A DNA stretch of 64,000 nt from Octopus bimaculoides (lineage: Eukaryota), in the NCBI RefSeq assembly GCF_001194135.2, contig NC_068981.1, positions 78,314,279 through 78,378,278 on the forward strand, written 5' to 3'. Both the position numbers and the translations under genes were made by a program. Below are positions 24,004 to 37,350 of this stretch, in pieces; within the stretch, counting starts at the first letter, position 1, and each line of letters begins with the position of its first letter. The notes beneath the pieces are model-generated. The model saw only the letters and a list, made by a program, of their open reading frames with translations. It had not been told where the DNA came from and searched no databases.

Positions 24004-24717
24004 NNNNNNNNNNNNNNNNNNNNNNNNNNNNNNNNNNNNNNNNNNNNNNNNNNNNNNNNNNNNNNNNNNNNNNNNNNNNNNNNNNNNNNNNNNNNNNNNN
24101 NNNNNNNNNNNNNNNNNNNNNNNNNNNNNNNNNNNNNNNNNNNNNNNNNNNNNNNNNNNNNNNNNNNNNNNNNNNNNNNNNNNNNNNNNNNNNNNNNNNN
24201 NNNNNNNNNNNNNNNNNNNNNNNNNNNNNNNNNNNNNNNNNNNNNNNNNNNNNNNNNNNNNNNNNNNNNNNNNNNNNNNNNNNNNNNNNNNNNNNNNNNN
24301 NNNNNNNNNNNNNNNNNNNNNNNNNNNNNNNNNNNNNNNNNNNNNNNNNNNNNNNNNNNNNNNNNNNNNNNNNNNNNNNNNNNNNNNNNNNNNNNNNNNN
24401 NNNNNNNNNNNNNNNNNNNNNNNNNNNNNNNNNNNNNNNNNNNNNNNNNNNNNNNNNNNNNNNNNNNNNNNNNNNNNNNNNNNNNNNNNNNNNNNNNNNN
24501 NNNNNNNNNNNNNNNNNNNNNNNNNNNNNNNNNNNNNNNNNNNNNNNNNNNNNNNNNNNNNNNNNNNNNNNNNNNNNNNNNNNNNNNNNNNNNNNNNNNN
24601 NNNNNNNNNNNNNNNNNNNNNNNNNNNNNNNNNNNNNNNNNNNNNNNNNNNNNNNNNNNNNNNNNNNNNNNNNNNNNNNNNNNNNNNNNNNNNNNNNNNN
24701 NNNNNNNNNNNNNNNNN
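24004..24717. other. Assembly gap; other large gaps at 2872-3342, 15406-15740, 20725-20908, 31491-32262, 60841-~61404
   Basis: N runs, mostly flanked by dinucleotide or tetranucleotide repeats. Confidence 0.98.
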
Positions 24718-25929
24718 TATTTATATATATATATATGTATTTATATGTTTTTATATATATATATATATGTATTTATATGTATTTATATATATATATATGT
24801 ATTTATATGTATTTATATATATATATATGTATTTATATGTATTTATATTTATATATATATATGTATTTATATGTATTTATATTTATATATATATATAACA
24901 CAATGCAATCTTGTTAGTGACCAGGTCACATTTCGTGCAACAAAAATTTTGACACCAAATAACAAATAATAAATGTTTAAGCGATGTTAGCAATCTTTGT
25001 GTGTTTTTGAATAACTAACACACAGCTTCGTGTCTTTGACACTGCAATCATTTTGGCTTCAATACACAATCTCAGATGAAATCACTTGCCTGGCAAGTAC
25101 GCCTCTAAGATATATGTATATCATCAAAATCATTATTTTAACATTCATCTTCCTTGCTGGCATGGGTCAGATGGTTTGACAGAGGCTAGCAAGCCAGAGA
25201 ACTGTACCAAGCTCCATTGTCTGCTTTGGCATGGTTTCTATGGCTTGATGTCCATCTGATACCAACCAGTTTATAGGGTGTACTGGATTCGTTTTATTTG
25301 GCACCGGCACTGGTACTTTCTAGGTGGCACCATGACCTGTGGGGTCACCAAATAACCTGTAAGACATAAAGTACTTAATTGGGAGAGGGAGTGGAACCAA
25401 GACAAGTGTCTGTGTACCAAGTAGGAGATTAGAGTATAACAGAGGGACAGAAATAGTTGTCTTACAATAGAGGAGATACCTGGAAAAGGAAGGCAAGCTA
25501 GAATTAAAAGAAATATAGAGAGACAGTCAGTGAGAAAGAGTGAGAAAAATAGATGGTGTTGGAGACACATTGGTGGAGGTGGGGGCTAACCACAGGAAAC
25601 AGTGGGAGGAGGAGTATAAGTGGTACGGAAGGGATAGAGGTGGGAATTCCATAAGAGTGTGAGGGGAGATTTTTAGTGATGGGGAAGAAGTAACTGCAGC
25701 AAGTGATGGTGAAAGAAATTGGAGTGGTTGGAAGTGGCAGGTATGTAACGGCATGAAGGGTGTGCAGATAGGCATGTGAGGAAGAATAGAGGATGCCTGC
25801 AGTGAGTGATGATCATGAGTGATGGGATGGGGATGCTGGGATGATAGGTTGCTGGAGAATTTTGACAAAGGACAGATTGTTGGGGTAGGGCCTAGCCATG
25901 AAGGACATACCTGTATGTATGGATGGCCC

Positions 25930-26321
25930 TGATTTTACTTAGCTTGACATGACTTCTCAAGCACAGCAAATCACCAGGAGTCTCAGTACATTGTCATCTC
26001 TGTGAGGCTCAATATTTAAAGATCATTTCTCACAACTTCATCCCAGATCTCCCTGAGTCTACTTCTTCCACATGTTCTCTCCACAATTAGGGATTGGCAA
26101 TTCTCTATGCAGCTAACTTCATCCATACTCATCATATGACCATACCAGCACAGTCTTCCCTCTTGCACACTACATCTGTTGCCTCTCATACCCACTTTTT
26201 CTTTTAAAACATTTACCCTGATATTGCGCATCCAGCATAGCATACTGGCTTCATTTCCTTCAAGCCTCCACATGTCCTCTGCAGTTACAGCCCATGTTTC
26301 ACTGCCATGTAGCATAGCTGC
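25930..26321 (-). mobile_element. RTE LINE remnant, 3' part (split by LTR insertion)
   Basis: Minus strand AMLHGSETWAVTAED..RLE.NEASML.WM...RL.WYGH..., same family as 38200-39900. Confidence 0.85.
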
Positions 26322-26571
26322 TGTTGTGCTTCTCTCATTCACTCACAAAGAAGAACACAGTGATACTCGAGATAGGTTTATTATCTATCTCTCAAACAGT
26401 GTATAACAAGAAAAAACAAAGGCAAAAGGAGAAACGCCCCTCTACCAGCTCTGCTTTTTTAGTGGTAAGCCATTAGAACATTCTAGAGAGTTCTACAACT
26501 TCGATTTTATTGGACAGATCCACATGCCAGCAATTTTTATTGAGATTTAGATGCTAGCGATCTCCACAATA
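26322..26571 (-). repeat. 3' LTR
   Basis: Direct-repeat homolog of 28895-29155; minus-strand ends TA(decayed TG)...CA. Confidence 0.88.
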
Positions 26572-26581
26572 CCTCCCCACC
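26572..26581 (-). promoter_or_regulatory. Polypurine tract
   Basis: Minus strand GGTGGGGAGG directly abuts the 3' LTR. Confidence 0.8.
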
Positions 26582-26924
26582 GAAACTGATGCTACACTAA
26601 AAGCATCAACAACCAAGTCTTTCTCTGGGCTTGGGTGTTCTCTTGGATTGTCCAATCTAAACTCTGATACAGGTAGTCTGGTCTTGAGTAAGCATCCAAC
26701 TAATCATTCAATGGAGATCCTGGAAGAAGTGCCACAAACTCAGAGACAGATCAGACCATTTCTACCCAAGATCAAACCACTTGCACCAGAGTATGGACCA
26801 GGCAACCCTAGCATGTGAATCTGTCCAATAAAATCAAATGGAAAGTTATAGAACTCTCCAGAATGTTCTAATGGCTTACCACTATATAAACAGAGCTAGT
26901 AGAGGGGCATTTGACTTCTTTGTA

Positions 26925-27771
26925 GGGAGCAGTCTGTCACTTTATGGGTCTTTCCACATCTGTAACACTTCAACTCAGGGTCTGTGGAATTAGACTGCTG
27001 GTGGTTTTTGTGTTGACCCTTGTTCTGTCTCTGCTTGACCTTATTGACAGAACTGGTCTTGGAACTGTAAACAGTTGCCATGGCAATTCTCACCACATCT
27101 TCAGTCTCAATCACGACTTGGACAGCACTGGCAAAATCCAGGTCTGTGTCCTTGATCTTGAAAAGAGTCTTCAAGACAGCATCATTGTTGACAGAGCATA
27201 TGAATCTCTGTCTAAGAGCTTCATCTTGAGGGTCTGTGATCGAAGGAAAGTCACAGGTAGCAGCACCTTGACATATATGTGCTGCCAGCTCCTGGAGAGT
27301 TTTGCCTGGCTTTCATTGCCTGTCACTCCAGAAATTGAAACATTTTGGGTTGAATTGTACTTTCATAAAGTTGACAATTTCCTCCATCATCAGCTTGTCA
27401 ATATTCTTGGGCGGATTCTGTTGAGTAGCAAGATTCGCCAGTTGTTTATAGATGGTAATGGTTTGATTAATCAAGAAAACTTGAACCGTATGCTGGTTCG
27501 GCACAGTATTGGCCACAACAAAAGTGCAGAATCTTGGCCAGTAATCAAGCCATAATTCTGATATTGAATCAGAAGCAGCAAACAGTGGGATAGCAGTTGA
27601 AGAAGTTGGAAGACAGGAACTTGGACTGGAATCCTTTTCAGAAATTTGAACATAATTCAAAGTTTCCATGTCTTCTTTGTGCTGCTGTGCCTGTACCTCC
27701 GTTTGTTCCCTCTGAAGTTGTTGTGTGAGCAACTTTATCCACTCACCACTTTGTTCTGCCATTGCTGTCAA
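26925..27771 (-). pseudogene. Gypsy gag remnant with zinc knuckle
   Basis: SELWLDYWPRFCTF..AN.V.....QVFLINQ....YKQLANLATQQ.PPK, LFKIKD.DLDFA.AVQV..ETED, CYRCGKTHKVTDC; frameshifts. Confidence 0.85.
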
Positions 27772-27805
27772 GGTAAAAATAGCTTACAGTAAAACTCTAA
27801 CTATA

Positions 27806-28701
27806 TATGGTTCAATCAATAAATATCCGGACTGTTGCTATAGTAATGAAGCTAAGGCACGCGGATTAAAACCGCTTGGCACAGAATGACCTTGAACTCT
27901 GCTCTGCATGTGCACTAAGTTTTAACATCCTAGCTCACGTCTACTGTTTACAGCACTGCTTGGAAGGAACATGTGTAGTGTGTGATCGTTGCATTGACCA
28001 TGACAGAGAAAGTTGAGCAGAGAATTGGCATCAAATTTTGCCAAAAGCTTGGCAATACTTGCCCAGAAGCCTACACAAAGTATTCAAAAAGTTTTTATTG
28101 TTCTCAACACAATCAAGGAGATCATGTGCAACTGAAACCCAAGTGTCTTTTTGGTCAGCTAAAAGCAGTTTTGGCACAAACTTAGCAGCCACAGGTCTCA
28201 TACCCAAATCTTCGGTGATAATGGACTGAACTGAACCGTAACTAATCTGCACATCCTCTGATAACTCACAGATAGTGATTCGACAATTTTCCATCACAGC
28301 TGTACGCACATCTGCAATGTTTTTCTCAGTTCTACCAGTTCCATGTCTCCCAGAATGTTCATCACTATCAATATTTTTTTCGGCCATCTTGGAAACATCT
28401 GAACCACTCGCACACTTGTATGTGGCTCATACACTCCTCTCCATACACTTTCTGCAACTTTGCACAGGCTTCTGAGCAGGTATCACAATGACAACTTCCT
28501 CTGTCATGGTCAATGCAATGATCGCATGCTACACACCTTCCTTCCAAGCACTGCTGTAAACAGCAGAAATGAGCTAGAACGTTAAAACTTAGTGTGCATG
28601 CACAACAGAGTTCAAGGTCAATCTTTGTCAAGTGACTTCACTCTGCATGCTTTAGCTTCATTACTATGGCAACAGTCTGGATACTTATTGATCAGGCCTC
28701 A
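27806..28701. mobile_element. Non-autonomous mariner derivative made of two opposed 5' halves, TA TSD
   Basis: TA at 27804-05 and 28702-03; ~210-bp inverted arms (27806-28015, 28492-28701); + half MTEKVEQRIGIKFCQKLG; - half EWFRCFQDGRK..DSDEHSGR...TEDLGMRPVAAKFVPKLL; no DDD catalytic region. Confidence 0.88.
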
Positions 28702-28873
28702 TATTAGATAAAATAAAGTATCATATTCTGTAAAACTCTTGACAAAACAACTTAACTGACATTAGAAATATAGGAAGACAGAAGTTTATGTGCAAAACTG
28801 GTTTTTTACCTTTTAAATAATTGTATTATCAACATCAAGGTAAAAAGTCTACTCGGCAAGGATAGTCTTTCTT

Positions 28874-28891
28874 ATCCTATCGGTGACGCCA
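28874..28891 (-). promoter_or_regulatory. Primer-binding site, probably tRNA-Ser type
   Basis: Minus strand TGGCGTCACCGATAGGAT, complementary to a tRNA-like 3' end ATCCTATCGGTGACG-CCA; resembles Ser(CGA) 3' ends from memory. Confidence 0.7.
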
Positions 28892-28894
28892 ACT

Positions 28895-29155
28895 TGTGGT
28901 GCTTCTCTCATTCTCTCACAAAGAAGAACAGGTGATACTTCAGATAAGTTTATTATCTGTCTCTCAAACAGTGTATAACAAGAAAAAAACAAAAGCAAAA
29001 AAGAATAATGTCTCTCTACCAGCTCTGCTTATATAGCAGTAAGCCATTAGAACATTCTAGAGAGTTCTACAACTTTCCCATTTGATTCTGTTGGACAGAT
29101 TCACATACCAGCAATTTCTATTGGGCAGATTTAGATGCTAGCGATATCCACAACA
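28895..29155 (-). repeat. 5' LTR
   Basis: Minus strand begins TGTTGTGG and ends CACCACA; followed after 3 nt by the PBS. Confidence 0.9.
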
Positions 29156-30010
29156 GCTGTCCATACACAAGCATCGTAACATCTTCCTTTCACTCTGAAG
29201 GAGAAGCCATTTATCAAAAAAGTAGTGACTCTCCAAACTTTGCCCAGCCTATTCTTATTCCTGCAACTACTCTTTCAGTTCATTTTTCTCCACTACTAAC
29301 TTGGTCACTTAGATAATTGAAGCTGTCTACTACTTCTATGGATCCCCTATACATTGGAAGAAGTTCATTTCCTGTACATTCTTAGTATTCATTGTACCTG
29401 CACATCAGTCACATGTTAAGACTACTTTCTCTGTTAACCTTCATATGACACTGTTGCACCTCTTATGTGTCCATAGCTTGCACTAGGTACACCATATAGA
29501 ATTTCTACCTACACCTTTTCTATACAATCACACAGGGCATTCTCACTGAAGAGATTTGTAATTTGTCTGCTTTCCTACTTAGGACTTCCAGATTTGAATT
29601 TTATTCCTTAATTGTAGAAGAGATTAAATTTTAAGAACAAGATCATTGTTGAGGATCTCTCAAGAGGAACCAGTCTTAAATATTTTTGTTATGGCCTGGA
29701 AGATTCTGATAAACATAAGGGCGCTGAGAACTGGTCCTTCATGAACTACCTGTACACTAAATTCATTGCTGTATTCATTTCTAACTTTCACCTTACTGAC
29801 AGTATTCTTGTGCATGGCATTTACAGCTCCCACCAACCACTCATCTATCCCTAGCTTCCACATTGAACACCAGATAAGGGGATGGGGATCCCTATTAAAA
29901 GCTTTCTCCATGTCAAGAAAACCCAAGTACAGAGGTGTATTTTTTGCTAAATGCTTCTTCTGCTGTTTTACTAGGAAGATAGGATCAGTAGTACTTCTGA
30001 CTGGCACAAA
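29156..30010 (-). mobile_element. RTE LINE remnant, RT part (continuation of 25930-26321)
   Basis: Minus strand STTDPIFLV...LYLGFLDMEKAF.R.P..LIW...LGIDEWLV and RIRIGWAKF...YDACV. Confidence 0.85.
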
Positions 30011-31355
30011 ATCAAACTATATACATATATATCTTAAGGGGTAGTGTTAGTCATCAAAATTGCTTATGAAGGACATGTAGTTTGGAAACTCATAAGCCTG
30101 GAGAGGCAGTATTCAGAATTAGTAATTTAAGTAGATCTAAGAAAAATATTAAAGAATCTCAATTGGACATATTGTAAGTAAATAAATTTGATGTTATGCA
30201 TAAAGTTTAATTTGGTGTTTGAAATTATTAAATTATTGCATAATCAAAAACCAAAACCACTCCATCGAAATTTATGTAGACAAAAACAAGCATCTTTATG
30301 ACAAGACAATAATTTCTCTCTGTGAGAAATTATTAGTTTTACTTGGTTGAAGATTTATTGCTGCAAAATAAAAAAAAAGGAAAAGAAAGGAAGAGATGCA
30401 AGAATGGAAAAAGAACTGGATTAAATGAAAATTAACTATACACATCATATTGAGAATAAAATCAAATTCTAGGAGGAAAAAAAATGAAACTTTTTCCATT
30501 GGTGATAGTTTCTCCTTTATGAGGAAATTAGATAAATTTGGCTTTCAAATCCACTAGGAAATAAAATTGTGTTTTGAAGTGTGCATAATTTTTGCTATAA
30601 GGTTAATTAGCTAGTTTATGAAAGTGAGCTGTATTCACTCTATTACGTACTTGGTCATTACTCTTATCATCATTTTGTAATCTGTTTTATGCTAAAGAAA
30701 ATTCACCAATGTCTTTCTTCTTCCACCCATCATCGTCATCACCATCATCACTGATATCATCTTAAATTTCCCCTTATTTGAGATAGACTGTTGTCATCAT
30801 ACTAACCATTGTAATATTACATACAGCCAGATATTGGACACTGTAAAGGCTTCCCTCCTTTAGTCAATTTCTTTAATTTTCTGAAGTATTTCAAAGAATT
30901 CTTCAAAGTGCTTATTGATATAAAACGTAATCAAAAAGAAGAGATTGCTATGTAAATAAAGTGGTATAATTGAATTTGGAAGGCAAATTTTCTCATTCTG
31001 CTTTAGTATTATAAATTGTAAATTCTATGAATTCAAGATGGTGTTCTAATAATAATAATAATAATAATAATATATCATTGTTATTATTATCATTATTGAC
31101 GTCAATGTTGATAGGTACTGATAGAGATATTGAAGATTTGTCTTAAAGCTGAGCTGCTGCATTCAGGCCAATCTTATGACAACTTTCAATCTGACATTAT
31201 TTACACCATTTTCTATTTGTCTATGGGATTTGGGAATCTGTTGTACAAGAATGAAGATTAATAAATCTATCTTACACTATAGACAAAGGATATATATATA
31301 TATATCAGAAATAATTGTCCATGAAACACTTTGGGACCTTGCCTACCTATCTATT

Positions 31356-31429
<74 letters not shown>

Positions 31430-32291
31430 AACGTCTTCATTGAACACTAAACTCGGCTTGCGAAGACCTGTTGGGGCAAGCGAAAGCGAANNNNNNNNNN
31501 NNNNNNNNNNNNNNNNNNNNNNNNNNNNNNNNNNNNNNNNNNNNNNNNNNNNNNNNNNNNNNNNNNNNNNNNNNNNNNNNNNNNNNNNNNNNNNNNNNNN
31601 NNNNNNNNNNNNNNNNNNNNNNNNNNNNNNNNNNNNNNNNNNNNNNNNNNNNNNNNNNNNNNNNNNNNNNNNNNNNNNNNNNNNNNNNNNNNNNNNNNNN
31701 NNNNNNNNNNNNNNNNNNNNNNNNNNNNNNNNNNNNNNNNNNNNNNNNNNNNNNNNNNNNNNNNNNNNNNNNNNNNNNNNNNNNNNNNNNNNNNNNNNNN
31801 NNNNNNNNNNNNNNNNNNNNNNNNNNNNNNNNNNNNNNNNNNNNNNNNNNNNNNNNNNNNNNNNNNNNNNNNNNNNNNNNNNNNNNNNNNNNNNNNNNNN
31901 NNNNNNNNNNNNNNNNNNNNNNNNNNNNNNNNNNNNNNNNNNNNNNNNNNNNNNNNNNNNNNNNNNNNNNNNNNNNNNNNNNNNNNNNNNNNNNNNNNNN
32001 NNNNNNNNNNNNNNNNNNNNNNNNNNNNNNNNNNNNNNNNNNNNNNNNNNNNNNNNNNNNNNNNNNNNNNNNNNNNNNNNNNNNNNNNNNNNNNNNNNNN
32101 NNNNNNNNNNNNNNNNNNNNNNNNNNNNNNNNNNNNNNNNNNNNNNNNNNNNNNNNNNNNNNNNNNNNNNNNNNNNNNNNNNNNNNNNNNNNNNNNNNNN
32201 NNNNNNNNNNNNNNNNNNNNNNNNNNNNNNNNNNNNNNNNNNNNNNNNNNNNNNNNNNNNNNATACATACATACATACATACATACATACA

Positions 32292-32324
<33 letters not shown>

Positions 32325-33385
32325 GGGTTGGACCTGGCAACATGAACAACAAACATTAAATGATTTATGCTTTTACTTGTTTCAGTCAAATGAAATGACT
32401 CCAGTACTTTTTTCTTAAAAGCTGGTACTTATTCTATTGAACACACTTGCTGAACTGCTAAGTTACAGGAACATAAACACACCAACACCAGTTATCAAGT
32501 AGAGGTGGGGGATGAACACATATACATGCACGCACACACACACAAACACACACATAATGGGCTTCTTTCAGTTTCCATCTACGAGATCCACTCACAAGGC
32601 TTTTGTTGGCTAGCGGTTATAGTAGAAGGCACTTGCCCAAAGTGTCACACAGTGAGACTGAACCCAAACCATGTGGTTCGGAAGCAAGCTTCTTACCACA
32701 CAGCCACATCTTTATATATATAGATAGATATATTATTTTGGTTGAATCGGTTTCTGGCTGCACTGAGTTTCACCTGTGGGTACAAAAGGTCTTCAGCTAA
32801 ATTACATGTTATAACTAGTCTGAAAACGCTGTCCACACATTGGCAAAACTCAGACTAGCAAGAGACCAACTTGCCCAAAGTAAAATATTATTAATCTCGG
32901 CTATGGTATTGAGTACATTTTTTTCCAACAGTCAACACTACATTGATATATATATGTGTGTGCATATATATATATATCATAGGGAAGTAAAATATGGTTA
33001 TTTTAGAGGTGCAATGTTGAGTGATTATAAAGTATTTTCATGTTGACATTTCTGAATACAGAATACTTTGAATATCTTATCAAATTACTGGTAAATTGTT
33101 TTTATTTTGTTTACTTTTTTTTAATTCCATGTTATAGACACATTTTGAAGTCTGTATTAGACATGGAGCTTTCAGTTCTTAATAGATTGGAAAGCATTCT
33201 ATTCTACTCTTGGGAATCAGAAATGCTGAATATCCAAAATTTAAAACAATTTCTTTATGGACCTGCCAAGTTCTTTGATGGAAGATTGCAGAAGATATTT
33301 TTGACAAGATGTGAGTGTGTGCACACATATATGTATGTGTATGAACATGTATATTAATCCCTTTTACCTCTTGTTGTGTGTGTGT

Positions 33386-33451
<66 letters not shown>

Positions 33452-36179
33452 ATTTACATATATTTGTATATGTATATATATATTTGTGTATGTATTTGTA
33501 TGTATATGTGTGTATATTACATATGTAGACAATATACACATACTCATACATATATTTAAGGTCATTGTTATGATAACATTTAGGGACTTCATATGGTAAT
33601 CTGAAGATTATTTAGTGTTATTATTATAATGGTGACCACTGACAATTCTGCACAGAATCTCAAGGGCATTGATCATATTTTCTTACTTACCAAATTATCT
33701 GTTCATATACATCGATAGAATACCCTGCAATTTAAACATATGGAATTGTTTTAGGATAAATCACAAAAAAAAATATTGGCATTGTTTCAAAGCTGAATAT
33801 TGCATGTGATTAAGTTTTCGCATGAATCCATTTCCTAAAATTTTGAATATTCTACCAATTATTTCAGGCAGTCTTCCATTTCTTCAACAAATAATAACTT
33901 TTGTTTTAGTTTTTTTCTCTTTCATCCTTTTTAGTTTACATCTGTTCTTTTGTGTTTGTTTTGCATGAACATTAGTTAAATGAGTTTACTAACTAGGACA
34001 TTTGTGTACAATGTATTGTTGCAAATCTTTTAAAGTCGACTGTTTCTTTTTTAGCACCAAATATATTATCCTAGAGTGTGCATAATATTTCTAACTGAAC
34101 AGATACAAAAGAAAAATAAGATGTCAAACCAAGCAATATAATACAATGCTTACAATAAAAAGAATTTGAACAAAGCTATAAAGGAATGATTATTTGGTTA
34201 ATCAACCTTCTAGAAATAGCAACCAAATCTTCCTCAAATCACACCTTATAGTCTAAAAAAAGGACACAAAAGATAATATAGTCATAGCTATATAAAATGA
34301 TCATGTCTAGAATGCCTTTAGTGATAGACTCATTGATTTAGAGCTGGCCCAGGGCAAAACAATGTCAAAATTTGAACTAATGACATTTAACCTCATTAGT
34401 ATGGCAATTTTATTTGCTTAGCATTCTGTCTTATCCTTTTTCATATACCCCAATGGCTGTCTTATTTTGATTTTTAAACTTTTGATGTTTATCTTTATAC
34501 TATTAATGACTTAAACCTGTTAGTGTTGTAAATGTAACACTCTTCCAGTACTCCTAGAACCTGTTTCTGTACCTCAGGCTGTTGCAGACACTCAATTTAA
34601 AAAACATTGATCTGGAACCATTCAAACAATACATCCAGCTCTAATGATTCAAATCTGTAAATCTTATAGCTCCAAGTAGCATTCCATTTTTTCCTTCTGA
34701 TTTTCTTGTATCTTGCTTAATTTTCATTCTAATAAACAAACCACAGACGATAATTGTTTTAAATTTTCAAATCATAATTTCAGTTTTCCTCATCATTCAA
34801 TTTTAATTAAATTTCCATCATTTAATAGCACACTTGATTAATAATTTGGAAATAATGTATGTTCATTGCTAGCTCTGTCTCTCTCTTTCTCTACAACTAA
34901 CTAGTCCAGAAGATTCTTCATTTTGGTCAAATGCAATATACAGATTATAATCTGTAATAAAATTCATGTTGTTGTTGTTGTTTCTTCCTAACTTCCTTTT
35001 GAAGTAGAAGAATTTATATAGTTTATGTTAAATAGCTCATATTTGATAGTTTCTTAATATCTTAAATTCTCTTTCCTAAGTTAGCATGGGTTGGATAGTT
35101 CTGACAATAGAATTATCTGCTTGAATTATTGTTGTTTCGAACAGTTGTTTTGAAATTATTGGCAGCCTTGAGACACTGCAGGATTTTATTGTGTTTCAAA
35201 GGATTGTTATACTTGGACTTAATGCTGCAACTTATTTCAATATTTTCGTATTCTTATGGTGGCTATTCGAATTGATTATGAAGTAACAAATGAGTTTATT
35301 ATTCTTCTGATGCTACATGTCAGTATGAATAAATACCATTGTGATGTTACTGTTGTTAAGATGTACTCCATACATCCAGCACACTAGGTAAACTATATTC
35401 TAGTATGGTTTTGTTATGTTAGATGCGCTGAGGGAATTTTGTAGTTAGTTTACACTTTGGGTTGTTATTTTATCTTTAGAAGTTCTGATTAAAGATTGTA
35501 GAGAGACAAGTCTCAGCAGCAGTGGTATCTACAGCTGTAGTAATTTCATCCCAAGTAATCCCTGGACTGAGCAAACCTGTGATCAAAGGCATTCCAGTAA
35601 TGGCCATTCCTGCTCTTCTTTCATTTATTGTTTCTGTAGGACTACATTATTGAATGTGTGTCTCCCTTCTCAAGAGAGCAGGACAGGGTGTAATTTAAGG
35701 GTGACTTGTCTTTTATTTCTAGCAGATTAACAACCATACTGAGGCTCTCCTATTGACTCATCTATGCAGTCGGCAGATGTTAACATTTCCTCTTGATATT
35801 CTGCTATTAAATGCAAATTTATAGTGGTCTAATAGAGAAACTAATATCACAGTTGATGTTTATTTACTTGTACTTTTCTTTTGTATGTGCTATGAGCAAA
35901 CTGTTGGCTTTACAATGGTACAGTATTGAGATTTAGGTCCAACTGAGCATGCTCTCTAAAATCTGAAAGGAAAAATTTATTAAACTGAATAATTTTGATT
36001 CTAACTTATGGTTGTGTAGTTAAGAACTTTACTTCCCATCTGCTTGATTTGGGGTTCTGTCCCACTGTGTCACAACCTTGGGAATATGTCTGTTACTATA
36101 GTCCTGGACTGACCAAAGCCTTGTGAGTCAATTTAGAAGATGCAAACTGAAGAAGTTCATTTGTGTGTGTGTGTGTACA

Positions 36180-36420
36180 TCTTGTCTTGACATCATGTTA
36201 TTGTTTTAAATGGATGTCACCATCATACAAGCAATGTCATTCTTCTCCAATGTTCTGTGAAAATATGTCTGGCCATGGGGAAATATCACTTTGTTTGGAA
36301 ACAGGTAAGGATTTGTGACAGAAAGGGCATCCAGCCATAGAAAATTTGCTTGCCTCAATACATTCCATCAAACCCATGCAGTCACAGAAAAGAGGACAGT
36401 AAAATGATGATGATAATGAT
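36180..36420 (+). mobile_element. Interspersed repeat module (others ~1060-1280, 18900-19110, 51200-51430)
   Basis: Shared tgtcttgacatcatg...catggggaaatat...ggaaacagg...gggcatccagccatagaaaa...gatgatg. Confidence 0.7.
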
Positions 36421-37138
36421 GATAACTATTTGCAATGTGAAGTGAATTCTTCAATGTTATTTTCAGAATGTTGCTGTTGTTATTATGGCAGAGACATAAT
36501 TAGGATAGTCATTGATAAACATGATGTGTTGCTTGTAACCTAGTGACATTTTCACCTTTATTTATGTACTTTTTTTTTCCAGTAATAATAAGTGCTCAAA
36601 TGATATTTAATCTTACTTTTAGTCAAATATTTTTCTCCATGTTCTGTTTGCTGGTCATTCAGGTGTTTTATGTAATGTTCAGAACTTAACATTTTTCTGT
36701 GCACAGAAACCAAGATTATTATTGAAGGGGTGTGTTGTTCTTATTTGTTTATTTATTTAATTATATTATATTATATATCACACTTTGTGAACGATAGTAA
36801 CAATGGTAACAGGTTGTTAATGGTTCACTGCATATCTGATGGCAACAGTGACAAGAGAATGCCTGTAATTCAGTGTAAAGAATTTCATTTAAAGAGCTCT
36901 GGCGTTTCACCAATGTTTACATTGTACACTGATTTTCATTGGTGAAAGATATAAATGTGCATATATACATATATATACATGCATGCATGATGGACTTCCA
37001 CACAATTTCCATCAACCAAATTCCATTCACAAGGTAATGGTCAACACCAGGTCAGTCTGGATTGAACATTCCAATGATGACCTACCCCATCTGTCTTTTT
37101 TTTCTATGGGCATAGTTTATTTAGAACTACATTACCCA

Positions 37139-37350
37139 AATTTCAGGTGTGGAAGCAAGGTTTAGATTCGAAGGGACTTAGAGTCAATGTTGCAAAAACC
37201 AAAGTCCTAGTAAGTAGGAAGGTGAACACATTACAAACCCCTTTAGGTAGATGGCCCTACTCGATCTGTAGAAAAGGTGTAGGTAGAAACTCCATAAGAT
37301 GCACCCAGTGTAAGCTATGGATGCATAAGATGTGTAACAACCTCAAAGGC
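37139..37350 (+). mobile_element. Short RTE RT fragment, close homolog of 38760-38960
   Basis: WKQGLDSKGLRVNVAKTKVLVSRK...CRKGVGRNSIRCTQCKLWMHK.C. Confidence 0.85.

Larger units (their letters stand above)
26322..29155 (-). mobile_element. Internally deleted Gypsy (K02A2.6-like) LTR retrotransposon with 5-bp TSD
   Basis: Two ~250-260-bp LTRs, PBS, PPT, gag remnant; flanks GCTGC (26317-21) and GCTGT (29156-60); removing it restores the RTE reading YDACVWTA-MLHGSETW. Confidence 0.9.

Noticed and set aside
23691-24969. Long ORF-track entries rich in Y/I/C/V/H/T or X (also 2783-3424, 14227-15752, 16463-16993, 31176-32418, 33179-33599, 60730-61555)
   Set aside because: Translations of microsatellites and N gaps.
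26944-27555. 203-aa + strand ORF
   Set aside because: Antisense shadow of the Gypsy gag remnant; no recognisable motif.
32745-32790. Minus-strand CUGAAGA-CCU...AGG-U-GAAA
   Set aside because: Extra base before GAAA, no stem III and no stem I complement.
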